64,000 nucleotides of DNA, taken from contig NC_135261.1 of the NCBI RefSeq assembly GCF_964204865.1, positions 16,244,001 through 16,308,000 on the forward strand, written 5' to 3'. Source of the DNA: Styela clava. Taxonomy: Eukaryota. Below the pieces are notes generated by a model. It worked only from the letters and a program-made list of their open reading frames with translations, searched no databases and had not been told where the DNA came from. The translations under genes were made by a program, and so were the position numbers. Positions 1 through 13,600 of the stretch are shown in pieces; position 1 is the first letter of the stretch, and each line of letters begins with the position of its first letter.

Positions 1-3000
1 GAGAATATTATATTGTTAGCTGGGTAGTCACCACAGGTGACCGTTGAATTCTTGCTACGCTTTTGAGATATTGTAAAAAATCAGAATTTTAACGCATCTT
101 TGAGGTGTGTTGTGTCATTCTTGCTGGAATACCCCATCATTTTATTTAATTTTGTGAGATTTAATATAGCGTTACTCGATAGACGTCAGTAGTATGTGGT
201 TTGTATATTTTTGAAAAGATCAAAAGTCTTGATATTGTCGTTTTATGACGCTTTTACATAAATACAGGCGAGGGCTAAATTTTCATATTTTGTGGTCGTA
301 GTAGGTTTTAGAATGCCTTAGAATCTGTAGGTGAACTTTAGTTAGAAACAGGCTTGCAAAATTCAAAAAATGATGGGACAATATTATATCAAAATTAGTT
401 GAACTTTCGTCAATAAAAATTGGATGCTTTACAATAATTTATCAAGTAAATATTCGGATGTTAAATTGAATGGCAGAATATTTGCAATAATTGCAAGATC
501 TAATCAATAAATTGATGATAAAATAGAAAAAATGAGTGTATATACAACAACAAAATTTCATTCGTGAATCGTTAATTAATTTATAGATCTGAAAAACTTG
601 AGTTATAATTTTGAAGTCTTACTGAAAAAGTAATTGAATTCAAAGCTTGCCAGATAAGCGTAATTTTCCATTCAAAAAACTGCAAGTTATTGTAGTGAAC
701 TTCCATCAAAACAGAGTCGGGGATTAGGCTATCAAACAAGCCGTGACTAATAAGATAAGTTGTTGGTAAAATTCTCTCGAAGTATAATCTCTATCTATTT
801 CCTGTTTTAGTTGTATGTAGAATCTATATTATGCTTTGACGAAATCTTATGCCAACTTTCAATTTCGTTGCAATAAGGAGGAAAGATATCATATGTATTT
901 ATATATATTCTAGTATTCTTCTATTCCATTTAAGTTCGTAACCGAAGTCATACACTGGAAACAAGACTAAAGGTAAATATGCATGTGAAACAAGTTGTTG
1001 GCTCATCCATAGATATAGCAGCTGTTTGCTTATCTTAAAAAGATTGGATAACATCCCCAAAAAATCGTATGTTGATATATTTGATAATATTTTTGAAGGA
1101 AGCTGTTTAAATAGTTACGTGGATTTATAGCAGACATACTAAATTACATTGAATTGCCTTGAAAGTCAACTCTTTTGGCAAACAGATATTAATCGACTGA
1201 AATACCGCAAAAAATAAAATAATCTTAAATAATTTCTTTGTGGTTTTAAATAATAATGACGGGGATTTGTCAGATCATCTATTTGATAATTCAGGGTAAA
1301 CGAATTATAGACAATTTTTTTCAAGTTCATCCAATGAATTCATCTTTTCGGGTGTCACAATATTAGGGTATTATTCACGAAAAGGAAGTAGAGTCGGCAT
1401 TTACTTTCAAAATTGAAATATATTTTTATGTTAAAAGTTGATATAGAGTTTTGGATTAATATTATGTCAGTTTGCGTATAGAAATACTTATAATAATTTT
1501 CAGATGGAATTTGCATAAAGGTGGCATTGGCGATGTTTATTTTATCAAATTAAAGTAATTCTTAAAGAACAATTATGTATCGTCGAGTCAACGACGCACT
1601 TCGCGAATTTCATTGTATTAAATTTTCAGCTGAGCTCACCATCTTTCTGACACATTCAATTTTAGATATCTTGTTAACATATCTTCGTTGCCGAGAAAGC
1701 TCTATAACGAATTAAAAAGACGTTTTAAGTCTATTAAGATACCAATATTGCTAAAAAAATATTATCTGATATATTTCACTTCATCTTATTGCGTCGTACT
1801 TTTAGTGGAAGAGTTAGGCGGTTGACAGGACTAGGAGTTCGGTCGCGCGTATATCGTAATTAATCGTAATTCATGTTGATAAGTATTTGATACCTGATGT
1901 GAGCGCTCATTGTTTTATTGTTGGCTTAAATCTTGCCTCTAGTTTTTTAAGGTTAAGCGCATCCCTGACGAATTAAAAAAAACGTTTTGCTCAGACATCT
2001 GAGTCAAATAATTCAACTTGTTGTTCGATGAGACTTATACTGCCATTATGAATAAACATCATTTAAAATTTCATTCTTAGATGCCAACATTCTCATAAAA
2101 ATGTAAAATTAGCATGCAACAGTTGTTTACAAGCATTGATGATATGCTCATATTAAAAACCTCTACTACATACGATTTCAATTAATCCAAATTAGTGATC
2201 ATTTTTGGGTATCCCTTTCCGAGTAAATGTGATTGTACCTATACGAATCAAATAAAATGGTAGATGGTCATGTATTTTTTATGTTCATTAATATGGAATA
2301 TCTGCAACTAATATATGTTAGTGATTAAAAAGCGATTGGATAATTGGATTATACAAGGACAGATTTGAGTAAACATTGCTATGACGCATTTCTCAAAGCA
2401 GATGGCGTTATATTATTAAATATTTATTTGTCAAATTGAATTTTTAAATATGGATGGTGGATCATTTGTTTTGCTAGAATATATTTTATGTTTTTCATAC
2501 AATATATTACTTAACTTCGAACTGAACAGATCTTCTACAATTCAAATTTAAACTGTCAGTGAAGGTAAAATTATTTATTAAATAGAATCACAACCACAAT
2601 AAAAGCTAATGTCAGATCATTTTTTGAGTGAAAAGATTTCGAAAGCAAATCATGAAAAATTTATTAAAAAGTATTACATTTCATATTCATATTTAATCTA
2701 GGTTTCAATTACAATGTCCAAATGCCGCTTAACAACGCACTAAATATCACATGACATTTTCAATTTTTATATAAAAGAAAGAAAATTTTACACACAATCA
2801 TTACAAGTCGACGTCGGAGAAAAGTGATCATTGGCTGCTTAAATATTTCAACGTGAAAGCAGTCTAGTAAAGTTATCAACCGAGGTAATGTGTCGTACTA
2901 GTGCTGACATGGGCAAAGTACAGCCCGCGGGCGTAATCTGGCCCGCTGGGTGATTCAATCTGGCAGCTCGGATGCTGCCATAAATTTATGCTTTTAACCA

Positions 3001-3825
3001 ATGCTGCATGCACTACGTACTTGCAATGGTGCAATAGGCTTGTTAGATTATGATTGTAGTCAGTGAAAGTTGTATTTTAGGTTTGCCGCGGGCTTTGATG
3101 TTATGGGGACGTTAACAAAACTTCACGTTTTCCCGCTCACTCGATTCGAAGGGGTGCTTTTCACACATCTTCCTTCCGCTTCGTGCGTTTGTCGTATGCG
3201 CCACGTGCAGCATCGAGTTTCAATTTAGTGCTCTCAAAGTTTTGTCAACGACCCCATAACGCTCTTCTAATGCTCTCTTTTTTGTACATAGCTCACGCAT
3301 ATTTGTAATGTAATTTAATCTATCGTTTCCCGATGGTTTCCAATAATCTGTCACTGTACCCTAATTCGTGAAGATTAATAGCTAAACTACACGGTCCACA
3401 AGTCTAAGTGGGCAACATTTTTGGACTTTGGTTCAAAAACCTTGTACTAGAGCAATGTCAAACAGCGCGATGTGGAATTGACAACGTTTTGATTGGAGCA
3501 GTTCATTACAGAACACAGCTGTAGCAATTAGCGCCAACAAATTTATGAGCAAAACTGAGTGAAATATTTATGGAATTGAGCCACAAATATAACAAAAATG
3601 ACAGTCTCTGAATTTCTCCTTACATTACATTGTTAGTCGACATGGTATTGATGCGTTGTTGGCAAAGCATGAACTATTTTGTTTTCTTCCATCGAATTTT
3701 CCGGAGTAATTATGATCAAAATTAATTTAAAGCAATGCTACAATTTATGTAGTTGTATATTTGTAATCTTTCTCATGTATCATTTTGTATCATTTTTTTT
3801 TTATTAATATCTAGAAGTTAAAATT

Positions 3826-6800
3826 ATGAGTGGCGATTATATGATGACAACCTCTACCTCACCGTCGTACACGCTTAGTGTCGTAATGAACACAACCATA
3901 AATGAAACTGAAAAATTACTTTTACAATTCGAAAAAGATCAAAAGTAAGTGTAAATGTAATATTGTTTCAATTTCATAAAGCACTAAATATAAAGATTAA
4001 AATTTGATTTTAGAATGTGCATAAATATATAAGAAACTGAATCTATTTGAAAATAGAAATTTTACAAGTAGAACACACTTAAAGTTGTACAACTGCATCC
4101 GAAAGAATTAGCCACCTGGCAATTGTAACTCTTATTAAGCTGTTTTTACCTTTATTTCTAACAAGCTTCTATGACTTCGTTTTGATATATCCTACCAAAT
4201 TTTACAACCTGGTTGAGATCGTGCCCTAAACGTTAAACTACAAAGACTTTAATCGAACATTGCCTACTTTTATGCGAACATGGTTAAGACGATGGACACA
4301 GACCACTGTATCACCACGTCCGTTGAGTTTTCATATCCATTTCATATGGATTATATATATTCTAATAAAAATGTACGTGCTATTCGAAAGGACATGGTTT
4401 TTGATTTTGTGTTTTTTGAACTCCAAATTTGCATTTTAGGGACCTGCAAGCTGTTTTTTCAAAAGGAGAGGAAGTCATTCTCTGGTTGGTTCTTGGAACA
4501 TTTGCGATATTTGGAATCATTGCAAACATTATAACATTCGTTGTCATTCAAATTACGCCCAAGCTTAACAGGTGGTTTAATAAATAACATATTATGCTTG
4601 ATCAAAATTTTACTATTTTTTTATGTTTTTTTTTCACTTATTTTTCTCTTTTACCTTAAATATTAATTTTGTACATTTTTTTCCTATGTTTTCAGATCAG
4701 TTTTCAATATATTTTTAATGAGTTTATGTGTTTCGGATTTTGTGTCAGCTGTCAACAGTCCATTTGTTATATACCGTGCAACTTGGGGCTTCTATGAGTG
4801 GTCGATCCCTCATATCTTTTGTAAGGTAAGGACAGTTGAATAAACCATTCTGGTTTGAAACAATTTAGGCTACAGGCTGACTACCAAGAACTAAACTCAT
4901 TAATTTCTTTATTACTCCTACAAAAATTAAGAGAATATATTTAATACCTGAACTTATGTTTGTGTATGATTGTAAAAAAAAGTTCTAATTATTTAGGACA
5001 AAAGTTATGTTCTCCCAGAATATGTCCCAATGACATTCTTTTTTGTTCTTTTTTGAATCACCAATACAAAAATATATGATGCCTATACTGAGTATTTAAA
5101 TTGTTTATATGCTTGATTATAACACCGAAGCTACAGCGGAGATATTTCAAATATAAAACTAAAATTATATATTTTTAATAAAAGTCGTGCTCCAAATATC
5201 AAAGTATAAAGGAGCTAACTAAATTTTATTAGCTAAACTATTGTAACGTGGAAAATAATCTTCGATGTACAGCATATTATTAACTGTTTGATACAGACTA
5301 AACGGTACCAACCCTGGTCCAGATAAAAACATTTTGCTCTCATTGGGGATTGATTAAATTTTTTTTCGATATTGCTTTTCAAATTTGCCTCCCTTTCTTA
5401 TATGTAACAAACGATCTAACTTATATTAAGCTTCACAGAATCATTTAAAATATCATATCAACTTCATATTACTTCCGAAAAAGCATGATTATATAAATTC
5501 TTCGTTATTTTTCAGTTGGCAATATCACTTGACTTCTGGACATCTTGTGTTACTATTCAACATATTTTAGTATTCTCTATTCTCCGATTGATTTCAATCA
5601 AATTTCCGCATCGCTTTGGAGTTTTAAAAGCTTTTCATGCTAAGGTTTGTTATTCTGTTTAATTTATATATATATATATATAAATATTGAATTTATTGTC
5701 ACGAATTAATTGCAATAGACTGAACTAAACTTATAATAACACGTGTTCAAATATTTTTATTTAAAATGATTGCTATAAGTAGGCTTGCACGTGATTTACG
5801 GATTTACGGAATTACGGAATTATTTCGAGTTACGGAAGCGAAGTTACGAATTACGTAAATTCGTAATTATTGGTGGAGCGCTTTCGCGATTGAAACGAGC
5901 TCTCTTTAGAGCAGTCAATTCCGTCGATTGTAAAAAATTAAAGTTTAATAAGTAGAAGAAGTTAGAGTTCCGGTATTCGCAGCTCTTTTTCTCTCTCTTG
6001 TTACGCAGATGGAGAAGGCATAACGCGTTGCCATTTATTGACCTATTATCAACTTATCTAGCATGGCAAATGTACATATTAAGCGTAGATATGGGATAGA
6101 ATTGTGTTGAGACCGATGGACGCCAACACACCTGGTTTCAACTTCTTCGGGTGAAATGACTAAAGAATGTAAGAGATCAACTTATAAAACATGGTCTATT
6201 TGTAAATGCCGTGATAATTAATTGTCGCGCTGATCAAACAGCAATATGACGACGGAAGAGAAATTGCGTAATGAACCAACGCAACTTAGTCTTTTCGGCA
6301 TCGGTAAAGCGATTCAGACGGCAGAGAAACAACAAAAAGACGGGATTTCCCATGTTTATTCTGCGCGAGATCCATTTTCTATTCCAAAACTTGATGTTCT
6401 GTTACCGGTTTTATCGTTATATATCTGTCCGGACTTGGCCCTTTTTTCACAATGCCTCGCACTATTTCGGCCAAATACGTCTCTACAATATCTTCAAGTC
6501 TTTACCAAATGCGGCAACTTATTTTGATTTATCGTCGACTCAAATACCACCGGCACTCGACCAAACTTGTGTCAATCTTAGCCGATAGGATTGTCGACTT
6601 GAGTTAGAAAAATTAATTAATATTTTCGTGAGTGCAAAATAAATGTCAACAAATGCATTGTTTTGCGATATAACTTTGTATTTTCGGAGAAGGCATGTCA
6701 TATAAGTACGGTATTTAAATTATGCTCAAATAATTAATAGTTGATATAAATTTATCGCAAATAATGTTATAACATTTAGGCCGCGAAATGATTTAGTGTA

Positions 6801-9800
6801 AAATGGAGCATGGTAATCGGAATATCGTCAATAAGTCGGCATCAATAATTATTATAAAATGCTAACTAGGTAGTAAAGTCGGATAATGTAAAAACACGGT
6901 ACAATAACAAGTCTTCGTCGCGAGGCAAGCGCAAGTATAATCAAACGAGAGAATACGCTCGTCGTTGATTTATAAATTAGAAACCCGGAATTTTTATTTA
7001 ATACGAAACTCGTATTAATACGTTAATACGATTTTAAAAAAGTCAACTATCGTTTCATAAATATATTACCACTTACCAGTGTTGGTAATGATAAAATTGA
7101 TCGCATAAAATTGGGTGATAAAGTTGATAAAGGAAAATCAAAGCTAACACGAAAGATAAAAATCAGAATAAAATTAATTTGAATTCACTCCTTGATATTT
7201 TTCTTTAGCATCTGTCGCCGGCGTGTAGTACTGGCGGAAATATGAAAACCAAACTGTCCCAACTGTCGATGTCCCATTCGGAATAGAAGTGGATTAAATT
7301 GGTTGTTATGATAGGTTTAAAAGTGTGAAAAAAATATCGCAATTACGGGGTCATTACGTAATCGATTTGGCCGTAATTACGGAATTGATTTTTGTCAATT
7401 ACGTGCAAGCCTAGCTATAAGCATAAGAAACAGTTTTTTATTTTTAAAAAAAAAGTAAAAGTTTGCAATGGTGTATATGAAATTTGTTTCTGAGATCAAG
7501 ATTCGTGGTGAGGCTGATGACATTGATTTAAAACTGCATACAATGAATTCCATTTTAACATAATTTTTAGGTCATAGTCATTGTCATCTGGATGGAAACA
7601 ATGGGCGCAAGTTTTGTCGTTTATTATATATGGCCTGGAGTTTTTCCTCCTGGTAAAAGAACACCTAGCGGTGCAATAAGTAAAGCATGCACTGCTCAGC
7701 CAGCATGGATTGGTATGCTCTTAGGGTACGTTCAGATCGGATTTCCGATCGTTCTATATGTACCTATGATAGCAGTAGTCATTGTGACTGCCGCTCTCGG
7801 TTACTTAATTTTTCAACGAAAAAGGAATCGGAATAAAGGTAAGATGATTTTTGTACATATTACCACTTTTTCATGCATAATCTTATGGTTCTGTATATAC
7901 CAATAATAACAATGACGGAGTATGCAAGCTTTTTGGGTTGAAATAATCCGAAGGCACAATGGAAAATCTTGTTGATATCACTAAAGTTCTCCTTAAATCT
8001 ATATCTACGAGCCCCCATTTTACCTATAATGTCTAATTGTCTATAATAGAGTTCTCTGCGAAGCGGCTGAAATTTTGAGTTCGTAGTAATCATCAACGCT
8101 AGGGTAAAATTATAGATAAACTGAAGGATTCATACTCAAATCATTTGAAAAAATAGTGAGGCGAAATGAAGATTGGTTATTTGTGCCGTACTTTCAAGTA
8201 CTTATTTTAACAAAGTTTTTATGATATTTTGAATTCAATTGCATACGAATTAGCCAAAACTATGCCTAAAAAATGGTTCTCATAGAATTATAAAAAGCAA
8301 TAAAAGTTGAACAACATATGCAAGCAAAGTTATCATAATCAATTTCTCTTTTATTCTACGGCGTTCCATAACAAGTTTTAGTTGCTCTGAAATTACCTTG
8401 ATTTGTGATTCACACGTTAGGCACTGAGTGGGATTTCTCATTGATCTTATTGCGCTGATTAGAGCTAGAAAGGGGCGAAATAAAATTTTGATCCACCTAC
8501 ACTTTGATTTATTTCTGTGTTGATATTGAATGCACATGTGAACTTGAATCGAACAGTGTAAGTAGGATGCCATGCTGCCTGAAACGATTATATTTTGGTG
8601 GTATCTCACGCAAATATATCTATTTTTAGTATCGAATCTTCAATCAGAAAAAGCTGCAACAAAGAAAGAGAATTTTGCCTTGATCCAGCTTGCTTTAATC
8701 ATCGCCTCGTTCATGTTGGGATATCTTCCCGATATCGGTAAGAATTTGTAATAAAATTTTAGTCGAATTTTACCTTTTCCAGGAGAATAGCTTGCAATGT
8801 CTCGAAAGTTTCACGTAGCGTTTCAGCACAGCATATACACTGTCTTGTAACGTTCTAGTTAGGATATCTATTGTAGATAGCCATGATGCTAGACTAAAAA
8901 GAGTTTTTATAATACTTTACTTTAGCCTACCGAATGACTGCAATCATTCTGAGAGCTTTTAATCAGAGTCTACCAGCTAGAGGCGAGTGGCAGTTTTCTG
9001 TGACATCACATTGTTTGCTGAGATTATCAGAATGTTTGAATCCGGTGTTTTACAACTTGGGATCGAGGTAAAGTGGAAAATATAATGAACGTTTTAATCT
9101 TATCAAAGACTAAAAATAGGAATTGTTTGCAATTTCCTATTGGATAAATTATCTCGATAGGTTGTTGCTGTAAAAAGGTCGATTCTTCTAGCAGCTAATA
9201 GAACAATTCATGGTTCGTAGTTCAATTCATAGTTACCTCCATATTGGTACACATATTTCTGGAGCGTACGATCCATTTCTCAATTTATATATATATATAT
9301 GCGTTTTATATATTTCACCCCAAATTTGCTATTTTGACCCATATTGTGCCACCTGGTGGCCTTCCGTCAAGCTAGTTCGCCATGGTTTGGACAGACCCGG
9401 TTCTCAGCTAAGGGCTTATTGTTGTCCGTTACCAATATAAATTCCTACAAGAAATGAACGAAAATTAGTGATTTTAATTTTATAGAAATTTCTGATTGTT
9501 TTCAAGAAAGCTGATTCTAAGCTTCTCATATTTGACATTCGTGTCCATGTAGCCTACTTGAGCACTGCTCTCAGGTTCCAGAAATAATAATATAAATGTT
9601 AAAATACCGTGCCGAAACTTGACAAGTTTAAACCAAGATATTGATTTCAACAAGAGGAGTTTAAATACAATTTTCCACATGCCGTTGACATTTTTCAATT
9701 GAATTTTACCACCGCAGATAAAACATGGCCTTACTATTTTTATTTTCAGCAATATGCGTAAAGCTACGTTCGCGTTCATGAAAAGAATCGTTCCGTGTAT

Positions 9801-9900
9801 GTTCGATGTGTCAAAACAAAGAATGACCACTTCTGGAAGGGCAATTCCGTTGGATAATAATACTGGGAGTTCTCAAACACCAAAGCAAACTTTCACCTGA
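3826..9900 (+). CDS. Class A (rhodopsin-like) GPCR, orphan; 8 exons, 392 aa
   Basis: Manually spliced GT-AG exons 3826-3944, 4440-4571, 4696-4825, 5516-5644, 7571-7838, 8630-8737, 8926-9067, 9750-9900 total 1179 nt, one open frame ending TGA. Motifs: TM1 GIIAN, TM2 SLCVSD, C3.25 (IFCK), TM3 end ILRL (DRY position), TM4 W, TM5 FPIVLYVP, TM6 FMLGYLP, TM7 CLNPVFY, helix 8 SNMRKAT. N-terminal sequons NTT, NET. Confidence 0.93.
5780..7413. mobile_element. Non-autonomous hAT-type DNA transposon in GPCR intron 4
   Basis: TIR TAGGCTTGCACGT at both ends; perfect 8-bp TSD GCTATAAG (5772-5779, 7414-7421); subterminal TTACGG/ATTACG repeats; no transposase ORF. Confidence 0.88.
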
Positions 9901-10232
9901 AATCAACCACCACTAATTTGATGTTTGTGAAATTGTGATAACGATTCGGTGAATTAGTAATCGGTGAATTACTGAATCAGAAATGTTGTTTTGTCAATCT
10001 GTTTCGTAAGTTATCGCGTTGTGAAGAAACAATTTGTACAACTTAATCATATCATGATAAATGGGACTTCATGGCGTGCTTTGGGTTATTCCGATTTACA
10101 AATGTTTTGTCAAGTTGTTATAGTTATTATATGAAATTGAATGTATATATGTGAAAAGAATGGACGTGTACCTCAAGATATGTATGTAGAAAAAAACATT
10201 TGAAATTCACTGTGTCATAACATAAGTAACGG

Positions 10233-10238
10233 AATAAA
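10233..10238 (+). promoter_or_regulatory. Candidate polyadenylation signal of the GPCR gene
   Basis: AATAAA about 330 nt after the stop codon; in AT-rich DNA this is weak evidence. Confidence 0.35.
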
Positions 10239-10637
10239 ATAGATGGGTATCTGTTTTTCCTGGAAACTATATACAGAATCCATAACATCCTCATTGGCTT
10301 CCGTCAATGAATTGATGTTCTTAGTATTTCATTTTATCTTTTTTTCTTTAAAACTGTTATGATTAGGTCTCGTGTTTTTTTTATCGTTTTTTGTTACTGT
10401 ATATTTTTCTTCATGAGGTGTATTTATACGTTCATTTATATTTCTAATTGCTTGATTCAAGCACTGCCAATGAGTGTAATAGTACGGTTTTCACATACTG
10501 ATATAGTGGGCTACACTAGATAGCTGATCTTCTCACAAATGCCATCGATATACAAACACTTCTGATGCTATTTTATGATTCAACGTTTAAATTATGTCAA
10601 TGCAGTACATTTCGTATACGACTTATTCTGTTCTGAT

Positions 10638-10643
10638 TTTATT
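10638..10643 (-). promoter_or_regulatory. Candidate polyadenylation signal of EndoU paralog A
   Basis: TTTATT on + (AATAAA on -) about 40 nt after the stop codon. Confidence 0.35.
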
Positions 10644-10684
10644 CAAATATAAATTTGCATGTTTCGTATTTTAATAATTTTTTG

Positions 10685-13600
10685 TTAGATGATGAAAGCA
10701 GTGCTAATATGATGCAGTCCGTTTTGTGGCAAAATTTCTGTCCACGGGTATGTCTGAATTTCAACATCGTATGGGTTTCCATCCAAATCTTCCAGAGAAA
10801 TTTTGCACCTGCGTTCAAATTATAATGAGTTTGACACGGAGGATATTGCTTGTAATATATGATGTTCTAATAATTTCAGGGGCATTTTTTACGGTATGTT
10901 CAAATAGATGAAAATCCCCGAATAAATATACCGCTATAAAAAAGAAAAACGGTAAATAAATTGTCGCATATTATGCTAGGTAGAGTTAAATTGAAAAGAT
11001 CACCAATTTAGGTAATCACGAAACTTTGAGCTGAATGACATGACCAAAAATACCTTATGCCTGGTCTCGTTAGAAAGCATAATGTGTAAACGCAAAATTC
11101 CCATTCCGGACTTGTCCCGACAAACATCGATGATATAGGCTTACGATGTCCTTCCCAAACAAATTGTATTTTCTGTCTTCCAGACTAAAAATAAGTTTTC
11201 GTTTGTTCGAAAACTGCTAGATTACAACGAATAACAGTATAGCTATAGGAATGAAATCTACGTCATGCAACGCTTTATTAGAATTTCTACTTTATAGTAC
11301 TAAGTAAGTACCAAGAACTAGTCGTATATCAGAGTTTTAACTTTTGTATAACAACTATTTTGTGTGAGTTACACAACTTCCAAATACCAAAAAAAAGTTT
11401 GCTCGAGTCAAGCTAGAATCAAGGGTGTTAGCGATATTTAAGAAGATTTATCGAAATTACCTCAAAGTTATCTTCTGGTTTATCCAAATGACCTCTATAA
11501 TCAATTTCCCCGTCTTTCTCGAGAAGATAATATCTCACCCAGTTATGGAAACCGGTTGTCTTATTATCATAATGTTCCCCAATAAAGATATGCTCAAACC
11601 TAAAAAAATTAGCATTGAATTGAAAATACAGATGATTCCATTTCATATTAAATTGTAGGGCACATCCACAAGTAGGGTATTTGGAAAATAACGAACAAAC
11701 ATACACAATTCAGCACAGCTTGATAGAACATATAGCATTAAATATTGAAAAGTGTCCCACTGTCCGCAACGTGCATAGAATTCAACTGATTTATTCAATT
11801 AAAATGCTCAAAAGTTCATTATCTGTTGCCTACGTGGTTGCAAATTTACACGATCTGTTTTCACTAAAAATTCACAGGCTTTGTTGATCGAGTACAAAAA
11901 AGAAAGAATACACACCCACTTGAGTCCATAGCTCCTTCTTTCCCTGAAAAACTTGCGAACCATATCTGTCGTAATATTTTCTTGAAATCACTTGTTCTGC
12001 CACATCCCGATAAACCTCGGAAATAGAAACATAATCATTGTATGATTTGCAGTATGCGTTTCTTTCCCCGATAAGTTGCTAAAGTAAGTGGGAATACTCA
12101 AACGAATCGTTGAGAACTTGAAAACTTTTATAGATCGCATTTGAGGTTTAAACTTAATGCAGAATAAAAAGTAACATTGTTGTTAAAATCACTGGATTTC
12201 GTTGTGATTTCAAAATGGCGAGATACTCTCGTTATCTTCACAAATGCAAATGAAGAGTTAACTTTCGACTGTTATTTTCAAAACAATCCTAGGATAATTT
12301 CACAATTGTTATTATTAACGATTTCGTTCTATTATCAGTATTTATATTACCATTGCCTGTCTCCCAGTTACGATGCAAGATGTGCAAAAATATTTGAGCG
12401 CGATTCGGGTAAGATTATCGTAAAAGACAATCTCGATTTACAAGCTTTCAATTTTTATTATGCCAGTTTTTGAAGTTAACAACTATGAATGATTGATTCC
12501 ATTTGTTATTAAATGGCCCACGACAACACGCTTGATTTGCAGGAAAGCTACATAAGCTGTGTACTCAATATAAAGTAACAAATTACTTAGTAACTCTACA
12601 TCATATCCATAAATCGCAGACACTATAAGTAATAACAAACTGATATCTTATCAACTTGTTAATCAGAATCCGTGCATAAAATACGTAGGCTACGTTTCAT
12701 CCCGATTAACAACAAATACTACGGTGGTGGCGACAGGATATCATGAAAAAATTACAAAATGCATGTAAAGATTACAGTTACAGTACAGTTCTGTAACAAT
12801 TTTAGAGAAATTCTTTGGCAGGCGATAACATTCATGAGTTTTTCAGTAACAGATAGTCTTCAATTAACCGAATATGATCAAATCAATACTTACCATGTTT
12901 AACTAAAAATTGCCGAAGAGCTTTTCCAACTGGCGTACTCAAAACATAGTTGATGAAAGCATTTTGTTCTTTCTTCTTGTTCTTTGTGAAAGTTTCATTT
13001 ATTCCTAATGCTTTTTCATAATTGTCAAATAAAGCGATGAGTTTTTGGAATGATTCCAATTGCAGAATTGATTCATTGACGTAGGTAAATAATCTGTGTA
13101 CAAAATTGAAAATTTACTTTACTTATTCATTCTAATATAGACCTATGAATATATTTTTATATCTGAATAATAAAATTTCGATATAACTGAAAACTCTAAG
13201 ACTTGACAAGTTAAAATTTCAGTTTCAATGGGTATTGGCAACTTTAAGAGGTGATCTCGTTACGGTTATTGCGCTAGTAAAACGCTTTCATATTATAACT
13301 TCTTATTATAAGAAATTTTGTATTGCTCCATATATTTCAAAACTAAATGTATAGAAACACGACTAATTACATTAAATAGCTGATTCTGTAACGGCATTGA
13401 AAATGTGGCAATAAATTATCCTAAACTATTCTCATAATATAATATTCATCAATATATTTATTAATGCCGCAAATTTCTATATCAATGAAATATATCCACC
13501 TCTCCTATTTCAATCAAGTTTTGGAAGCGGTGATCCCACCTTACCAACCCAATTTCAAGCACTCTTGTATATACCGAACTTTCTAATTGCAAGATCGACC

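Noticed and set aside
1-3800. Additional gene or retroelement upstream of the GPCR
   Set aside because: No convincing exon chain or protein motif was found, only a hAT-like end fragment near 2900-2970.
8926-9067. GPCRs as opsins
   Set aside because: Position 7.43 is Arg, not the Schiff-base Lys.
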